64,000 nucleotides of DNA from NCBI GenBank assembly GCA_963924565.1, contig OZ004608.1, positions 6,882,001 through 6,946,000 of the forward strand. The letters run 5' to 3'. The stretch's first letter is position 1; each line of letters begins with the position of its first letter. The stretch is from Ascidiella aspersa (lineage: Eukaryota). A program made the translations under genes and the position numbers. The notes under the pieces were generated by a model. That model was not told the DNA's origin. It saw nothing but the letters and a program-made list of their open reading frames with translations, and did not search any database. Below, in pieces: positions 13,701-26,859 of this stretch.

Positions 13701-14044
13701 TTTAACCGTTGTCGTATCAGATTTGTCCTTTTATTTAAATTTAGCTGCTGGTCACCTTGCAAACTCCAGCGCAAAGCAAAACAATTTAAAGCAATTTTTA
13801 ACTTTAGCATAGCCATGTATCATACTTATTGTGTCATTTACATGTCTGCTGTGACATTATTTTTTTACCAAAATTTAAACAACACTATAAATGGTACTCG
13901 AAACATAAAAAAAATTCTCCGAGTTTTATTGTTTCAACAGAACCAAGGAAAAGAAAGACCCAAAATAAAGACACAACCGACCAACAAACTTCATCTAAAC
14001 CACACGACGTGGAACCAATATATACAGCTGTTAACAAGCAATAA
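10798..14044 (+). pseudogene. Gene 3: EPN/WND lectin receptor, paralog of gene 2, with an in-frame TAA in exon 1; no stalk exon; ITIM and EPIYT tail
   Basis: Exons 10798-11005 (TAA at 10981-10983 where gene 2 has CAA; frame continues LFLADLS to the donor), 11070-11309, 11618-11735 (TM VILGATLSCIIIVLLIISAVLFY), 11800-11846, 12355-12606 (VEYSTL, NVYSRL), 12921-13052 (EVYAAVRK), 13941-14044 (DVEPIYTAVNKQ*). Confidence 0.82.
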
Positions 14045-15841
14045 ATTGACACATGTACCAATTTTTAAATCAGTTATTTTTAGCTGTATAATGACAGCGT
14101 GTTGTTGTTGTGAATTGTTCTTCATTTGTTGTGTTTGAGACAAGGGCGATTTGTTTTTGTTGGTGAGTTAAGTGGGCAGCAAGCAAACTGTCTGTACACA
14201 GCGCTGTGTCTTTATTTTGACAGCACTATGCTGGAAAACCAAACAAAAACCCACACAGACTTTATAAACGCTATTCGATATAACAAATATTCGGCCGTCA
14301 GTTCAAACGGCAATTGGTGCCACAGTTAACGTGGATGTCAGCCTTTCTAAAAACCGTTCTTTATAGTTGCACTAACTCCACCTTAAACCAATCCTATTAA
14401 ATGCAACTAGATTCATGTAGGAAAAGATTGTGCGAAATACAGTATATATGTAACAAAAGTTGGTTTTATATTGCAACATTATAAATGTAAAAATGAGAAT
14501 CATTCCTAAGCGAACAATTGACACAATGTATTCAATAGATGTTACAATAAACGACGCTTTTAACGCTTAGCCTGATACAAGCAACACATTTCAATAAGGA
14601 ACCTACACGTCAATGTTTTGTATAACGCATGAAAACAAATATTTCCGTACACTGTATTCTAATAAGATAATTAAAAATCAAATAAATTGTTATTGTTGGT
14701 CAATGAAGCAGGTTTAGCTGTCAGTGCAGGTCCGTAAAAGTCACATTCTTACATTTAATCTAAAGCAACATGGTTACGTATTCCAAATCGACATGCTTGC
14801 GTATTCTAAGCAGGCATACATCCATTTATACACACTTAGCCATACGCAGAAAACGAGTATTCTCATCACTTCGATAATATAATAAATGTAGCTGTTATAC
14901 CCCTTTCAAAGCTTGGCCTAAAACAAACAAGGGATTGGAATTACAAACTCACAATTAGATGTTTTTTATGTAGCGCATGACTACAAAAACGCGTTAATTC
15001 AGAACACTGAATTCTGATTTAACATAATTGAAATGAATTATATTGTTATGTTTGATCACACCTAAAGAATTTTTCTTATCGCAGCTTCAGCCGTCAGTCT
15101 AGGTCTAGGTCGATAAAAAACATGCTTACGTATTGTATTACTTCAGACATATATCCAGCTATGACCACAATCCACATACGCAGAGCACGTATATTCTTTA
15201 GTACCGCGGTACGTTTACTTTAGAAAAGGAAGCGGTTGAAAGCTATTGCTTCAGTTTGTTTAGGCACCACGCCTCACAACTACCAGGTTGATTTCAGAAG
15301 GTTATGCTTGTACAAGAGTTTGTGTGAACGATTGTTTACGGAGGACTACAAATGACTAGATAAACGATAGAAAAACACACGGCAACCAGTTTTTTGTCTA
15401 TTCTTGTTTAAAGTTTTAGATTAGGATGTAGGGCATACATAAGTGAGTGCAAAGTTTTGGAGTGTAAGGTTCAGGCGTTATATTTATTTATCAGAATACA
15501 TTCGTATATATAACGCATTGCTGGTAAGATGAATTGATGAGTAAAACGAAGAAAAAATGATTCAACTTAGTCAGCTGGCTCAATATTTCAGTGGAAATTG
15601 CTGCATTAAGAAATAAGGCATTCGGTTTGTTTGCCACGTTTGGCTCATTTGGGGCTATGTACTCTTTTTTAGCATAACTTTGAAATACATTTGGTGGCGT
15701 AATTAGTATTCCGGAGCCTTTGCCACTGTAGTGAAGAAATGTCCTGTATTATAGAGCAGTGGGTGGCTTAAGTTTTGTCTCTGTTTGCAGAATTGTTTTT
15801 GCCTCTTTTATAACTTCTTATTAGATTAAAATTAATGGACG

Positions 15842-18800
15842 ATGCGCGTCGTTTTGACATTAGTTGCGTGTTTCCTTCTGAGTGAAACAACAGCTGTTAC
15901 TTGGCACCAGTTAAACGAGAAGGAATACTACATTGCTGCAACCGAGTCAACAAATTTTAATGGAGCACGTACCGCTTGTGGTAAGCTGAACGCGACTTTG
16001 GCAACAGTCAACTCTTCATCGATTCAGAATTTTCTGACAAATTTTACAGGTTTGTGACTAAAACTTTTACTTGGTTGTAGTTTTACATCGTTTGTGGCTT
16101 ACACAACGTTTGTTTTCAGTTCCAGGGGGATTTTACATCGGTTTGAAGCGGACAAAAGGTAGTGAATTCCAATGGCTGGATGGAACAGCTTTGATGTATA
16201 AGTCATGGGGAAATCAGCAACCTGACAACCACGATGGAAATGAGAAGTGCGTCACCATGGGTATTTCCTGGAGTAGCAATTTACTGTGGTATGACATTCC
16301 TTGCAGCAACACATTCGGGTACATTTGCCAGAGAAACATTGGTAAGTGCACAATCCTGTATTTTGCCATAAACTCGACTTAAAAATTAGTAACAAATGTC
16401 GTGTTATTATGTCTTTACATATCACTTACCTGACCTGTATAATATGTTAGTTTTTTCTATATATTTTCCAAACTTGTAAACTTGCCGATACGGATATGGA
16501 AACTCCACCACACGCTACACAAAGTTTTACATTTTTTCGTTTTGTCAGGAACGAACCGTTTTAAACTGACCCCATTCAGCAATCAGCATAGTGATACAGA
16601 AATCAAGTGTAAACACATAAAGCCCCATTGGTTTTAAAACAATTCTTTTAAAGTGATAAGATATCATACAAAGAAAAATAAGATTAACATCAACATATGC
16701 GTTTATGTTTTTGAAAGCCAAACTATATAAAGTCCTGTCCCCACACAACCTGGTCCGTCCCTGACCCTACGTAATCTATGTCATATTTCAAAGCTAAAAA
16801 AACTAACCGTACAATTAAACAGGGCGTCAGTATCCCAAAGTCATTAATATTTGTGTTGCGCTGATGTATAGTTTCCCGCTTAATAATATGTATTGATTTA
16901 ATTCACTCACAATTGCCAACGTGTGTGCTTATTCTTTATATGCTATTTCACCTATATTGACTTTTCTCCATTCGGAAGTAAAAAAATGTGTCACAACACA
17001 AACAGCCAAAGCGGAATTGTAACAAACATATTGATCTCTCTAATAGCATGTAATACAAGTTAAGGCAACAAAAATAAGAACTAATATAAGGTAATCCAAT
17101 TAAGACAACAAAATAAGTGCTTTTCCGTAACAAGGAATTATCTCTATGTGTGTGTCTTGCTTCCCGTGAGTAGTGCTAACATTATAGTAATGAACCATTT
17201 ACATATACCAAAGTAAGTGTCGTTTGGCCGTTTAAACTATTAAGCCTGGTGGTTTCTAAAGTAGAGTTACACTACGGAAAGTCGCATAAGATTAACTGCT
17301 CTGTTGTTCAATCGCCTGATTAATGGAGCGCCTGACGTTAGTGTCGCGTGACGTTGCTTTAAAATAATTCCGCATATTTTGGGGAATAGGATGCTGTTTT
17401 CCGTTTAGAATTTAAGTAGCATTCTAAAGTTCAGCTGACAATAAACGAGATTGAAACAGCACAATAACTATGCAACAAGGTTAAATTGTTTTAATGTTTG
17501 GCTCTTTTATTGTACAAAAAAATTGTATCAACCGACAGAGCAAAACTTGGAATCCTAATGAATTTGAAATATTTCTCGGCACGTTTAGGCGTTAAAACAT
17601 GGCATCTCGCTTTGCAATATAAAATTGAAGCAGCAACCGTATAAACTGTGATTTAAAACTTGGACGATACATTTGCCAGAGATTTATTGGTGGGTTTAGG
17701 CTATATTAATCATTTATATGCAACTACTGAAGACAACATTAATGAAATCTGTATAGCTTACCAGTAGGTCAAAATAATCTTTTCATTTTATAATTTATCA
17801 TAACCCTGTTAACGTTTGGTTTTAATTTATTCCTTTACTAATTTCATCATATTTAACACGGAAATCCGACGTTATGTAGCAGGTTTTCATTTTTTGCCCA
17901 ACAAAATGTTTTTGAATTCCAGCACCGTAATGTAAGCGAGCATAGGCGACCGTATTATTTTTTCCTTTTAACGCAGAAATTCCTACGACGGTTCTTCCGA
18001 CTACACATATAGCTACAACAACATCAACAACAACAACAACACTCACTCTCAAACCACAAACGAGCGCAGGTTTGAATCTGAACAGTTTTATGTACTGCTA
18101 ACTACTTTAACTGCAGTGAAAAAACGAACAGGAAGCGATAACAGCAATAATCCTTAAGGTTTTTGTCATTTTTGTAATTGAAATGCCTTGTGGTTTGTGA
18201 CAGCTTTGTGATTCGAATTAAGTCCATCATGTTGATAGAAATGGCTACCACATAATAAAACATGTGAACATCTAGTTAAAATAGATTTATTAACAAAAAG
18301 TCGATATTTTAAGGAAAATTACAAAGTGTTAATTTTTAGTCTGCGATGGTTTCCGGTGTGCTTACTCCTATTAAGCAAACCGGTGTGTTTACTGACTATA
18401 CCTGTTGACTAATTTCCATTAGGAAGTAAAAACATTTGTCACAACCCAAACAGCCACAGCGCAATGACTATAAGTGTATACACATGATAACAAACATATT
18501 GATCTATATAGTCAGAGGTAATACGAGTTTAAGTCAACAAAAATAAGAACTAATATAAGGTAATACCAATTAAGACAACAAAACAAGTGCTTTTCCGTAA
18601 CAAGGAATTATCTCTATGTGTGTGTCTTGTTTCCCGTGAGTAGTACTAACATTGCAGTAATGAACCATTTACATATACCAAAGTAAGTGTCGTTTGGCCG
18701 TTCAAACTATTAAGCCTCGTGGTTTCTACAGTAGAGTTACACTCCGGAAAGTCGCATAAGATTAACTGCTCTATTGTTCAATCGCCTGATTAATGGAGCG

Positions 18801-21800
18801 CCTAACGTTAGTGTCGCGTGACGTTGCTGTAAAATAATTCCGCATATTTTGGGGAAAAGGATACTGTTTTCCGTTTAGAATTTAAGTAGCATTCTAAAGT
18901 TCTGCTGACAATAAACGAGATTGCAACAGCACAATAACTATGCAACAAGGTTAAATTTTCTTAATGTTTGAATCTTTTATTGTACAAAAAAATTGTATCA
19001 ACCGACAGAGCAAAACTTGGAATCCTAATGAATTTGAAATATTTCTCGGTACTTTTAAGCGTTAAAACATGGCATCTCGCTTTGCAATATAAAATTGAAG
19101 CAGCAACGGTATCAACTGTGATTTAAAACTTGGACGATACATTTGCCAGAGATCTATTGGTGGGTTTAGGCTATATTAATCATTTATATGCAACTACTGA
19201 AGACAGCATTAATGAAATCTGTATAGCTTACCAGTAGGTCAAAATAATCTTTTCATTTTATAATTTATCATAACCCTGTTAACGTTTGGTTTTAATTTGT
19301 TCCTTTACTATGTGAGCGAGCATATGCGACCGTATTATTTTTTCCTTTTAACGCAGAAATTCCTACGACGGTTCTTCCGACTACACATATAGCTACAACA
19401 ACATCAACAACAACAACACTCACTCTCAAAACACAAACGAGCGCAGGTTTGAATCTGAACAGTTTTTGTACTGCTAACTACTTTAGCTGCAGTGAAAAAA
19501 CAAACAGGAAGCGATAACAGCAATAATCCTTAAGGTTTTTGTCACTTTTGTAATTAAAATGCCTTGTGGTTTGTGACACCTTTGTAATTCGAATTAGGTC
19601 CATCCTGTTGATAGAAATGGCTACCACAGAATAAAACATGTGAACATCTAGTAAAAATAGATTTTTTAACAAAAAGTCGATATTTTAAGGAAAATTACAA
19701 AGTGTTAATTTCTAGTGTGCAATGGTTTTCGGTGTGCTTACTCCTATTAAGCAAATCTGTGAAGCTTTTAAGACGGTGTGGTTGGTGTACAGCATAACTG
19801 AGCCCCTATCGCTAAATATTGCTTAAATGCTGTTAACCATGTCAAAATCTTTATTATCAGGGTAACTGTTTCGTATATTTTAACAATACCAAGTAATAAT
19901 ACAAAATTGGTTCAAACTTATCAATATTTTGTTCTCAGTTTCGTTGCCAATCGTGATTGGTGCAGCGGGAGGTGGCCTTCTTCTGATTTGCCTCATCGTG
20001 TTCGTCATACTTATGATGTAAGACATGAAAAGATATTTTTTGAGTACATGATATGTTATACATTAAGGGCGTATCTTTAACGAAACCGTTGTCATCAGGT
20101 TTCGGCATGTCGATCACTTCTCTGCTGACTCGTATAAAATAAGTATATTACTTTCGACAAAGTCTGACCCTGTGTTTCATTCTGGTTTTTTAAGCTTTAA
20201 ATTTTACTTCCTTGTGCTAAATGTTAGAACGTACGGTACACCAAGGTGGTTGTCTAATAATCTCAAACCAAATCGATTTCTTTTCTGAATTTGCATTACA
20301 TATTATGTTTATAATGTAACTACCCACTTCGGATTTCGGATTAAATTTTAAGTTTTTTTTTACTTAAAAACGGCCTACCTTATCCCTGGATTTCTCAACT
20401 AAGCAATAAAGGTTTACAATGACCAGTGATGTTATTGGTTTTATTGATGGAGTTTGTAGTGTTTAAAAGGCAATAAAAATGATGAAAATGGCAAATAGGT
20501 CAGTTACTTGTTTTGCGTTTTAAATGTCTAGAATTATTTTTATATAAATAAGCAACGTTTTCATGAACGACAATGGGTTGTGAGGCCTTGTCGTATATAT
20601 ACTAAATAATATTTACTTTTTAGATGTCGACGTCGGACTACCAAACCGTCGTCCATGAATGAATGTCTAACAGGTATTTTGCATAAAATAACGCGTTTTG
20701 CGAATTAAACTAATGAAGCGACCGGGCTTTGTACAAACATTTTGCAAATACAAATCAGTGTTTGGTGTTTTAAATGACCAAAGCCGTTTGTAAAACTTCC
20801 ACAAGTCTTCGAAATATATTGTTTTAGAAACTAGTTATTTCGACCATACGTTTGCAAAATCCAAATAACCAAAGGCCAGAAACTGCACTTCACGCGAAAC
20901 AGTACGGCTTATTTGAGCTTAGACGCGTAGACCCTCAACAACTTCCGTGTAGGTGGCGTAACTGTATAGTCAGTAAATCTCTAGTCAACTTAGCGACGGC
21001 GCGCTAAGCACTTTGGTACTGTTTTATGGAATAACAGCTCTCCGAACTAACCGCGTTAAGTTGCCTTTGATGGCCTCTCTAGGCTGAAATTGCTGTCCTG
21101 GTAATTTGAATTCTTTCTTTGTACGTTGAAACAGTTTGTTTTTGCGAACGCATAAATCTGTTTGTAATGCGCATAAAAAATTGTAAAGTCTTGTGTATAA
21201 GCTTTGCTGTTTCTGCATTTTGCCGAAAAGCATAAAAATCACATGAATAGAAAAAAATTATACTTTGAACTGATGAAGCACGGTTGTACGAAAGCTGGTC
21301 GAGAATTCAATACAATTTGTCTTTATATAGTGTCACCTTATTACAGTATTTAGCATAATACATGTAGGACCATTTACAAAAATAGAATTATTATTAGTGC
21401 AAACGGATTCAACACAGTACATGCTATCGGTCGATAATTTTACCAACAAAGTGTGAAATATTACTTTGATATTTTCTTGACGTTTGTCTGGAACGTTTAA
21501 TCTTTACGCCCAAAACAAATTGAATTACATTTTGGATCAATAAACCCCCTCCCAAATATACTTGTTTACAATGCTTTTATAAATACAATGAAACATAAGT
21601 TATGTAGTCAGCTAATGTTTGGTTTAACGACTTTCGTGAAACCCGACAAAAATTAGTATGAAAACAAAAGGCAGAAAATAGTACAAAATTTGTTGGAACT
21701 ATAGAAAAGCATTTTTTCGTTAGACCAACCGGATGCAATCTACAACGCGGTAGATGCCAGCGGGGAAGATGGAAGGCCTGAGAACAACTATACCCTCGAC

Positions 21801-23002
21801 GAGTCCAATTCTGTTGGTCTGCAAAGAAGAGCGGATCCCAGGACAGACGAAGGCTACAGCTCGCTTGAGATTGTAAGACCTGGCGAATCGGCATACGACT
21901 CGAATGTCCAATACAGCTCTATCAACACAACAGAGAGAAAGCCTTTAGGGCCTGACCAGGATGCGGTCTATTCTGCTGTGAACAAAGGTAAAATGGCTAA
22001 CTTTTGTAGAAGTGGGTCCTAATAAAATATATACAATATATATATATGTATATATATATGTTGTATTTCAATTAGCAGAAGCCTAATATTTTCTCTCGAT
22101 AGCAAAACCGATATTTTTGGTAAAAATAACTATATTTATTATTAAGCAAAATAGATGAAATTGAAATGTACAAACGTATTGTTTTCTAGGATATATAAGA
22201 AATAAATTTTCCTTAGCCTATCGAGGTTTAGTTTTTTCTTCAGTTAACAGCGTACCATGTTTAATAACTGTAACTTTTAGACTAAAATCAATGCATTCTA
22301 ACGCAAATTAGAGGTAAAATTGTTATATAAATTTGCTATTAAGTCTGTGGTGTACCATACTATGGTATCCTACTAGTTGAGTATGCTATACTATCGTATA
22401 ACATATATCTATATACTGCCATTTGGCATCTCATATTGGCTCTGATTTTAATTGTATTTCCTCAATGCAAGAAATAATCAATCAATTATTGAATATCTCT
22501 AATTGATTAATTGAAATTATAGCCTATTTATATAAGCCTTTGTTTTAAAATGTTCTTTTTTTTTTCAAACAACATACTCATAACAGTAACACCCGAACCA
22601 TTTAAAAATACAAACCTTTAGTAAGAATTTTTAAATGATATATATATATCAACTGTTAATAAACGGCGCCAAAACTTTTCGTCAGAAACAAAGAAAAAGT
22701 CCAATGAAAAGGAAACTGTGGCTAACCCGCTTTACGGAGAAACGAACAGTTACACTGAGAAGGAAACTGTGGCTAACCCGCTTTACGGAGAAACGAACAG
22801 TAACACTGAGAAGGAAACTGTGGCTAACCCGCTTTACGGAAAAACGAACAGTTACACAGAGAAGGAAACTGTGGCTAACCCTCTTTACGGAGACACGAGC
22901 CCCTCCTCGGAGAAGGAAACTGTTGCCAACCCTCTCTATGCTTCCTCCAACCACGAGCAGCATTCAACGCCTGATGATTTGTACTCGCAAGTAAAAAAGT
23001 GA
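15842..23002 (+). CDS. Gene 4: type I TM C-type lectin receptor, QPD/WYD head, duplicated Thr-rich stalk exon, tail with 5x NPLY repeat
   Basis: Exons 15842-16049, 16120-16341 (YIGL, QPD, WYD), 17977-18069 and 19357-19446 (EIPTTVLPTTHIATTTST..., both phase 1-1), 19939-20017 (TM LPIVIGAAGGGLLLICLIVFVILM), 20624-20673 (CRRR), 21724-21987 (AIYNAV, DEGYSSL, VQYSSI, AVYSAVNK), 22686-23002 (ANPLY repeats, DDLYSQVKK*). The join of head exons to downstream exons is inferred. Confidence 0.8.
17558..17689 (+). pseudogene. Collapsed lectin-gene 5' relic (copy 1)
   Basis: Acceptor-like acag then ATG: MNLKYFSARLGVKTWHLALQYKIEAATV* (resembles exon 1 TWH..Y.I), fused out of frame to INCDLKLGRYICQRFI plus a GT donor (exon 2 end). 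Confidence 0.55.
19028..19159 (+). pseudogene. Collapsed lectin-gene 5' relic (copy 2)
   Basis: MNLKYFSVLLSVKTWHLALQYKIEAATVST / INCDLKLGRYICQRSI|gt. Confidence 0.55.
22706..22940 (+). repeat. Coding VNTR, 51-bp unit (EKETVANPLYGxxNSYT), 5 units
   Basis: Directly repeated gagaaggaaactgtggctaacccgctttacgga.... Paralogous arrays at ~33049-33232 (4 units), ~41687-41820 (3) and ~50830-50962 (3). Confidence 0.95.
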
Positions 23003-26000
23003 TAAAACACCTATTTTGCGATTTCTCATAAAGTTCCTTTGTGATACGTAATAAGAATATCAAAGTCCATACACACACACGCATATATGATATAAACACT
23101 AATAATCAGGGGCTCTTTCTATGTTCAAAATGAATATAGAGTTATTCCAAACGTCAAAATGCTACCTACTTTTGTTTGGGCTTTGATTTTATTACTACGT
23201 CCATCTACAACCTCCAACCATTACTTATCTTAAGAGTTATTCCAAACGTCAAAATGCTCCCTCTTTTTGTATGGGCTTTGGTATTCTTATCACGTGCTAC
23301 TACAACCTTCAACTATTATGCTGCAAAGTTTTGTTGCAATCTTTTTTAGTTTTCCCTTATGTTTAACCATCATCGAAACATTTAGTGCAACGTAACGGTA
23401 AATCTGGAATGCTGACAGTAAACACTGTCAAATTTCGTTCATGAGTATTGTTGCACCCAAGTCAAGTATTGTTTAGAAATATAGTGTTGAACACCAAATC
23501 ACCGCAACTAAAATTGCATGGGAGTTTTACTTGTGTCTTGCAATGCACTTGAGTAATTCGATGCTTCGCAGAAACATTTGGTAATACTATATGGAGAAAC
23601 CGCAAGTGGGCTTCTTTCCAATTAAACATCTTTTAGGGTTTTTTAACATCGGGTATGGTTGGGATTATGTGAGATTATAACAAATCAATTTGTCATAAAT
23701 CTGGTTTCACTGGCACAAAAACATTACACTAGCCCGCTGTCTTTAGCGTAAAATCCATTACAGGAGATATTAAGCGATTTTTCAATGTCTGTAACGTATT
23801 GCTTGCATTATTCTTGTACTGTGATATAAAATTACTGTATTTTGTCAAGTTATTGCATTACCGTTATTTTATAAATTTTTTATTTTTTAGTATTTTTTTT
23901 TCAACATATTCTTGCGGTGATCTATTGTGTTCTTCTTCACTTCGCCAAACATTGGTGAACAGTTAATCGATTTGTTTGTATTTGATTCAGCTTTACCATA
24001 TTCTATTGCCTTTCGTCGCTTTACACTGCATTTTGTCCCTATCTGTTGTTTTTTATTTGTTCAGTGTTCGATTTCGCTTTTCACCAAACCGCAAACCTAC
24101 TTCTAAACACACTTAGATTAACTTTTAGTCTAGTGTTACACTATTTTACAATTTTGTTGAGTGTTTTTGATTTCAATGATTTTATTTATCTATATTTTTA
24201 ACACTGAACATATCCGCCGTATAACCGATTAGTGCGTTTTGGTTAAAAACAAGAAGGCAGATGTTTAATTTCTGAATGGTTGCCATAATTTAGTTAAGTT
24301 ATAAGTTGATGTATTTAAAAAAAATAAATGAAAGGCAGGACGCATGGTTTGCTGGGCGTTTATTAAAGTCTACTAATACATTCCTAAAAAAACACGGAAA
24401 TAATACATAAAGTAGTGTAATATAGCAAAGTATTCACCAACCAGACTATCTGATATTAATACATGCATTTCCAAAGACAAAGTGCACGTAGTACATTTAG
24501 GCAGCAATGAAACCTTTGCCTTATTATGTGCTAGTTCAAATGTTCGTATGTCAGAAAGGAAGAGCCATGGCGTGACTGTGTAGTGACGTTTACTCTACAG
24601 ATACCGAGTATCTAAATTCCAGCTACCATAAGACGCTCTGCTTTCCGGGTGTATTCCATCACAGTCCTTGTAACGACTTAATGACTTTACATTATGACAA
24701 CGAGTAGGTCCTATCATATTTTGTACTCTAATCAACGCAAAAGTTTAACTGCCTATACGTGTAAACGCCGCTCGCAGTTCAAAGCTTTTGCTACATTATC
24801 TGCGCTTTTACTTAAAACAGAAACTGAGGTACAAAACATGAAGCGTCTTTAGAAATTTGGTGCACAACATTGAACAAACAACCATTTCGCAATATTTATT
24901 TTCTTTTAATAACGGTGAAATGTTAAGCACAACTACCGCTGTCTTTTATAGCATTTCAGTTAGAGCAAAAACTTTTTTGAACGTCATTGTTAAAAGTGTT
25001 GTTTATAGGAAAAGTTGCCATTTCGTCAACTCGATGTTAATTAGTCCTTTCTGGTATGAAACTTTAATTGAGTCGTTAAACACATTTTTACGGCAGTACA
25101 CACAGTCGGCCGGAGCGTCTTTGGTTTTGCAAGAATTATCATTGACTTGTTATGCTTCGTAATAGTGGCTATTATGATTTAAAATTTTGGCTCACATGCC
25201 TAGCACGTGTTTCTGTGCAATATATCTCTCATTTGTTAAATGAAGGAAGTTTGCTGATCAACCACTGAACAAAATCACCTGTTGACATTTACTTTTTTGA
25301 GTGAAAAATTTTAGCCGCCAATTGCGCAAACTTCATAAATAGCGGTCAGTTTTTTCTGTATTATTTTTCTCTACAACACTTCCCAAATACTTTGAATGTT
25401 TCGAAAACCGCCTGTTTGGCACATCAAATAAAATTTTGAATTTATAGCACTTTATTTCAGTGACGTTACTATCGTATCTGTTAATAAAATGAAACTACAA
25501 ATTTTATGTGTTTTTAGTCAAAAAAGTGAGTTGGGCAGCTTCAGTTAACGCCTATTGACTTCCGTCCTTTGGAAACTATCTCGTTCTTAAATATTGTTTA
25601 ATAAAAGTCAAAAATGTTGCAAAAATTATGCTAACAAAAAATGAAGAACATTAAATGGCGTTCGAAAAAAAGTATACCGGTTTCAAAGCGCTACACAATG
25701 TACATTTTTCCATGCAATGGAAGTTCTGAACAGGCTAAATCTTGCGTTCAAACTCAAGCAAGTCTGACGTGTACTACAAACAGGTAACGTCGCAGGAAAT
25801 TAGGTAATTAATTAACCAGGTTCCATACAGTCTTAACATGAGTTTGTATTACGTTCAGGATGCCTATCCCATTAGCTTTATGCGGACCAACTACAAAATC
25901 GTATATATAGTTACTCCTCTGTAATTCAACGCAATTAAATTCCGTGGTAATAACAACAGCTTTGAGAACAAGCAAAATTATTAAAATTTATCTTAACCTT

Positions 26001-26859
26001 TATAGGTGCTATTTTCACTGGATACTATTTAGGCGTATATTGCAAACAACGAAAACAGCACAAAAAAATGCTTTTCAAATAAAACTGAAAGTTGATTTCC
26101 ATGAATAACGACGTTTACAATAGGCTAGCTCTTACAAATAGTATATATACCAACATACTTGAGTACACTATGCACGGATTTGTAATGTAGCTTGATAGTA
26201 AATTGCAAGCCAAAAAGGTCGAGTAGATCGACAGCATCTTGATTAAGACGTTTCGATACGAGCTTGTATCATCTTCATGTCACATTAACTGATCATTAAT
26301 TATCTTAACTTTTTCTCGCAAAGTAATGATTAGTTGAAGGTCTTTGCAAGGTGAAAGCCAGACAAGAGGTATTTGTTTTGTTGTAAAACGCCTAAACGAT
26401 AACTATATTAACACTTATGAACGACATTTAAATATTAAATAGTCAAAATAAAAGTCTAAAACAGTTAGTGGGAATGTTTATATTTTTATGATTTCTTTCA
26501 GTACCCCTTTGGGCAATAGAAATGCCAACTGACCTCTCCTATATAATGTTTGATTTTTAATTTAAATACGCCAAAAAAGATTTATTAAAATGCTCATGCC
26601 GACACTTTTGTGTTTATACAGTTATGTACAACCTCGGGAAGAGATGTTTTGTACTTTATAGAAATATTGCTTCGTAACAATTTGTCGTAATATGATTCAA
26701 ATTATAATTCCCAACCAATAATGGTAAACTTCTTAACAACAGTCGTTGGTCTACATCACTCAGTGCTGCATAAAATCTCAATATTGTTTGTACAATTACG
26801 TAAAATGAAGAGTATGAAAAACTGATCGTAAAATGTCATTTATCGTTATCGCTTATAAG

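Larger units (their letters stand above)
16974..19756 (+). repeat. ~1.4-kb intragenic tandem duplication (16974-18379 / 18422-19756) containing the stalk exon
   Basis: Two near-identical copies, each starting ggaagtaaaaa and ending cttactcctattaagcaaa. Confidence 0.92.

Noticed and set aside
22635-23099. Overlapping ORFs in other frames and strands (RRKLWLTRFTEK..., SVKRVSHSFLL...), repeated at 33.0, 41.7 and 50.8 kb
   Set aside because: Shadows of the stop-poor 51-bp repeat. Only the ANPLY frame matches the phase-1 acceptor and ends in the family's YxxVxK motif.
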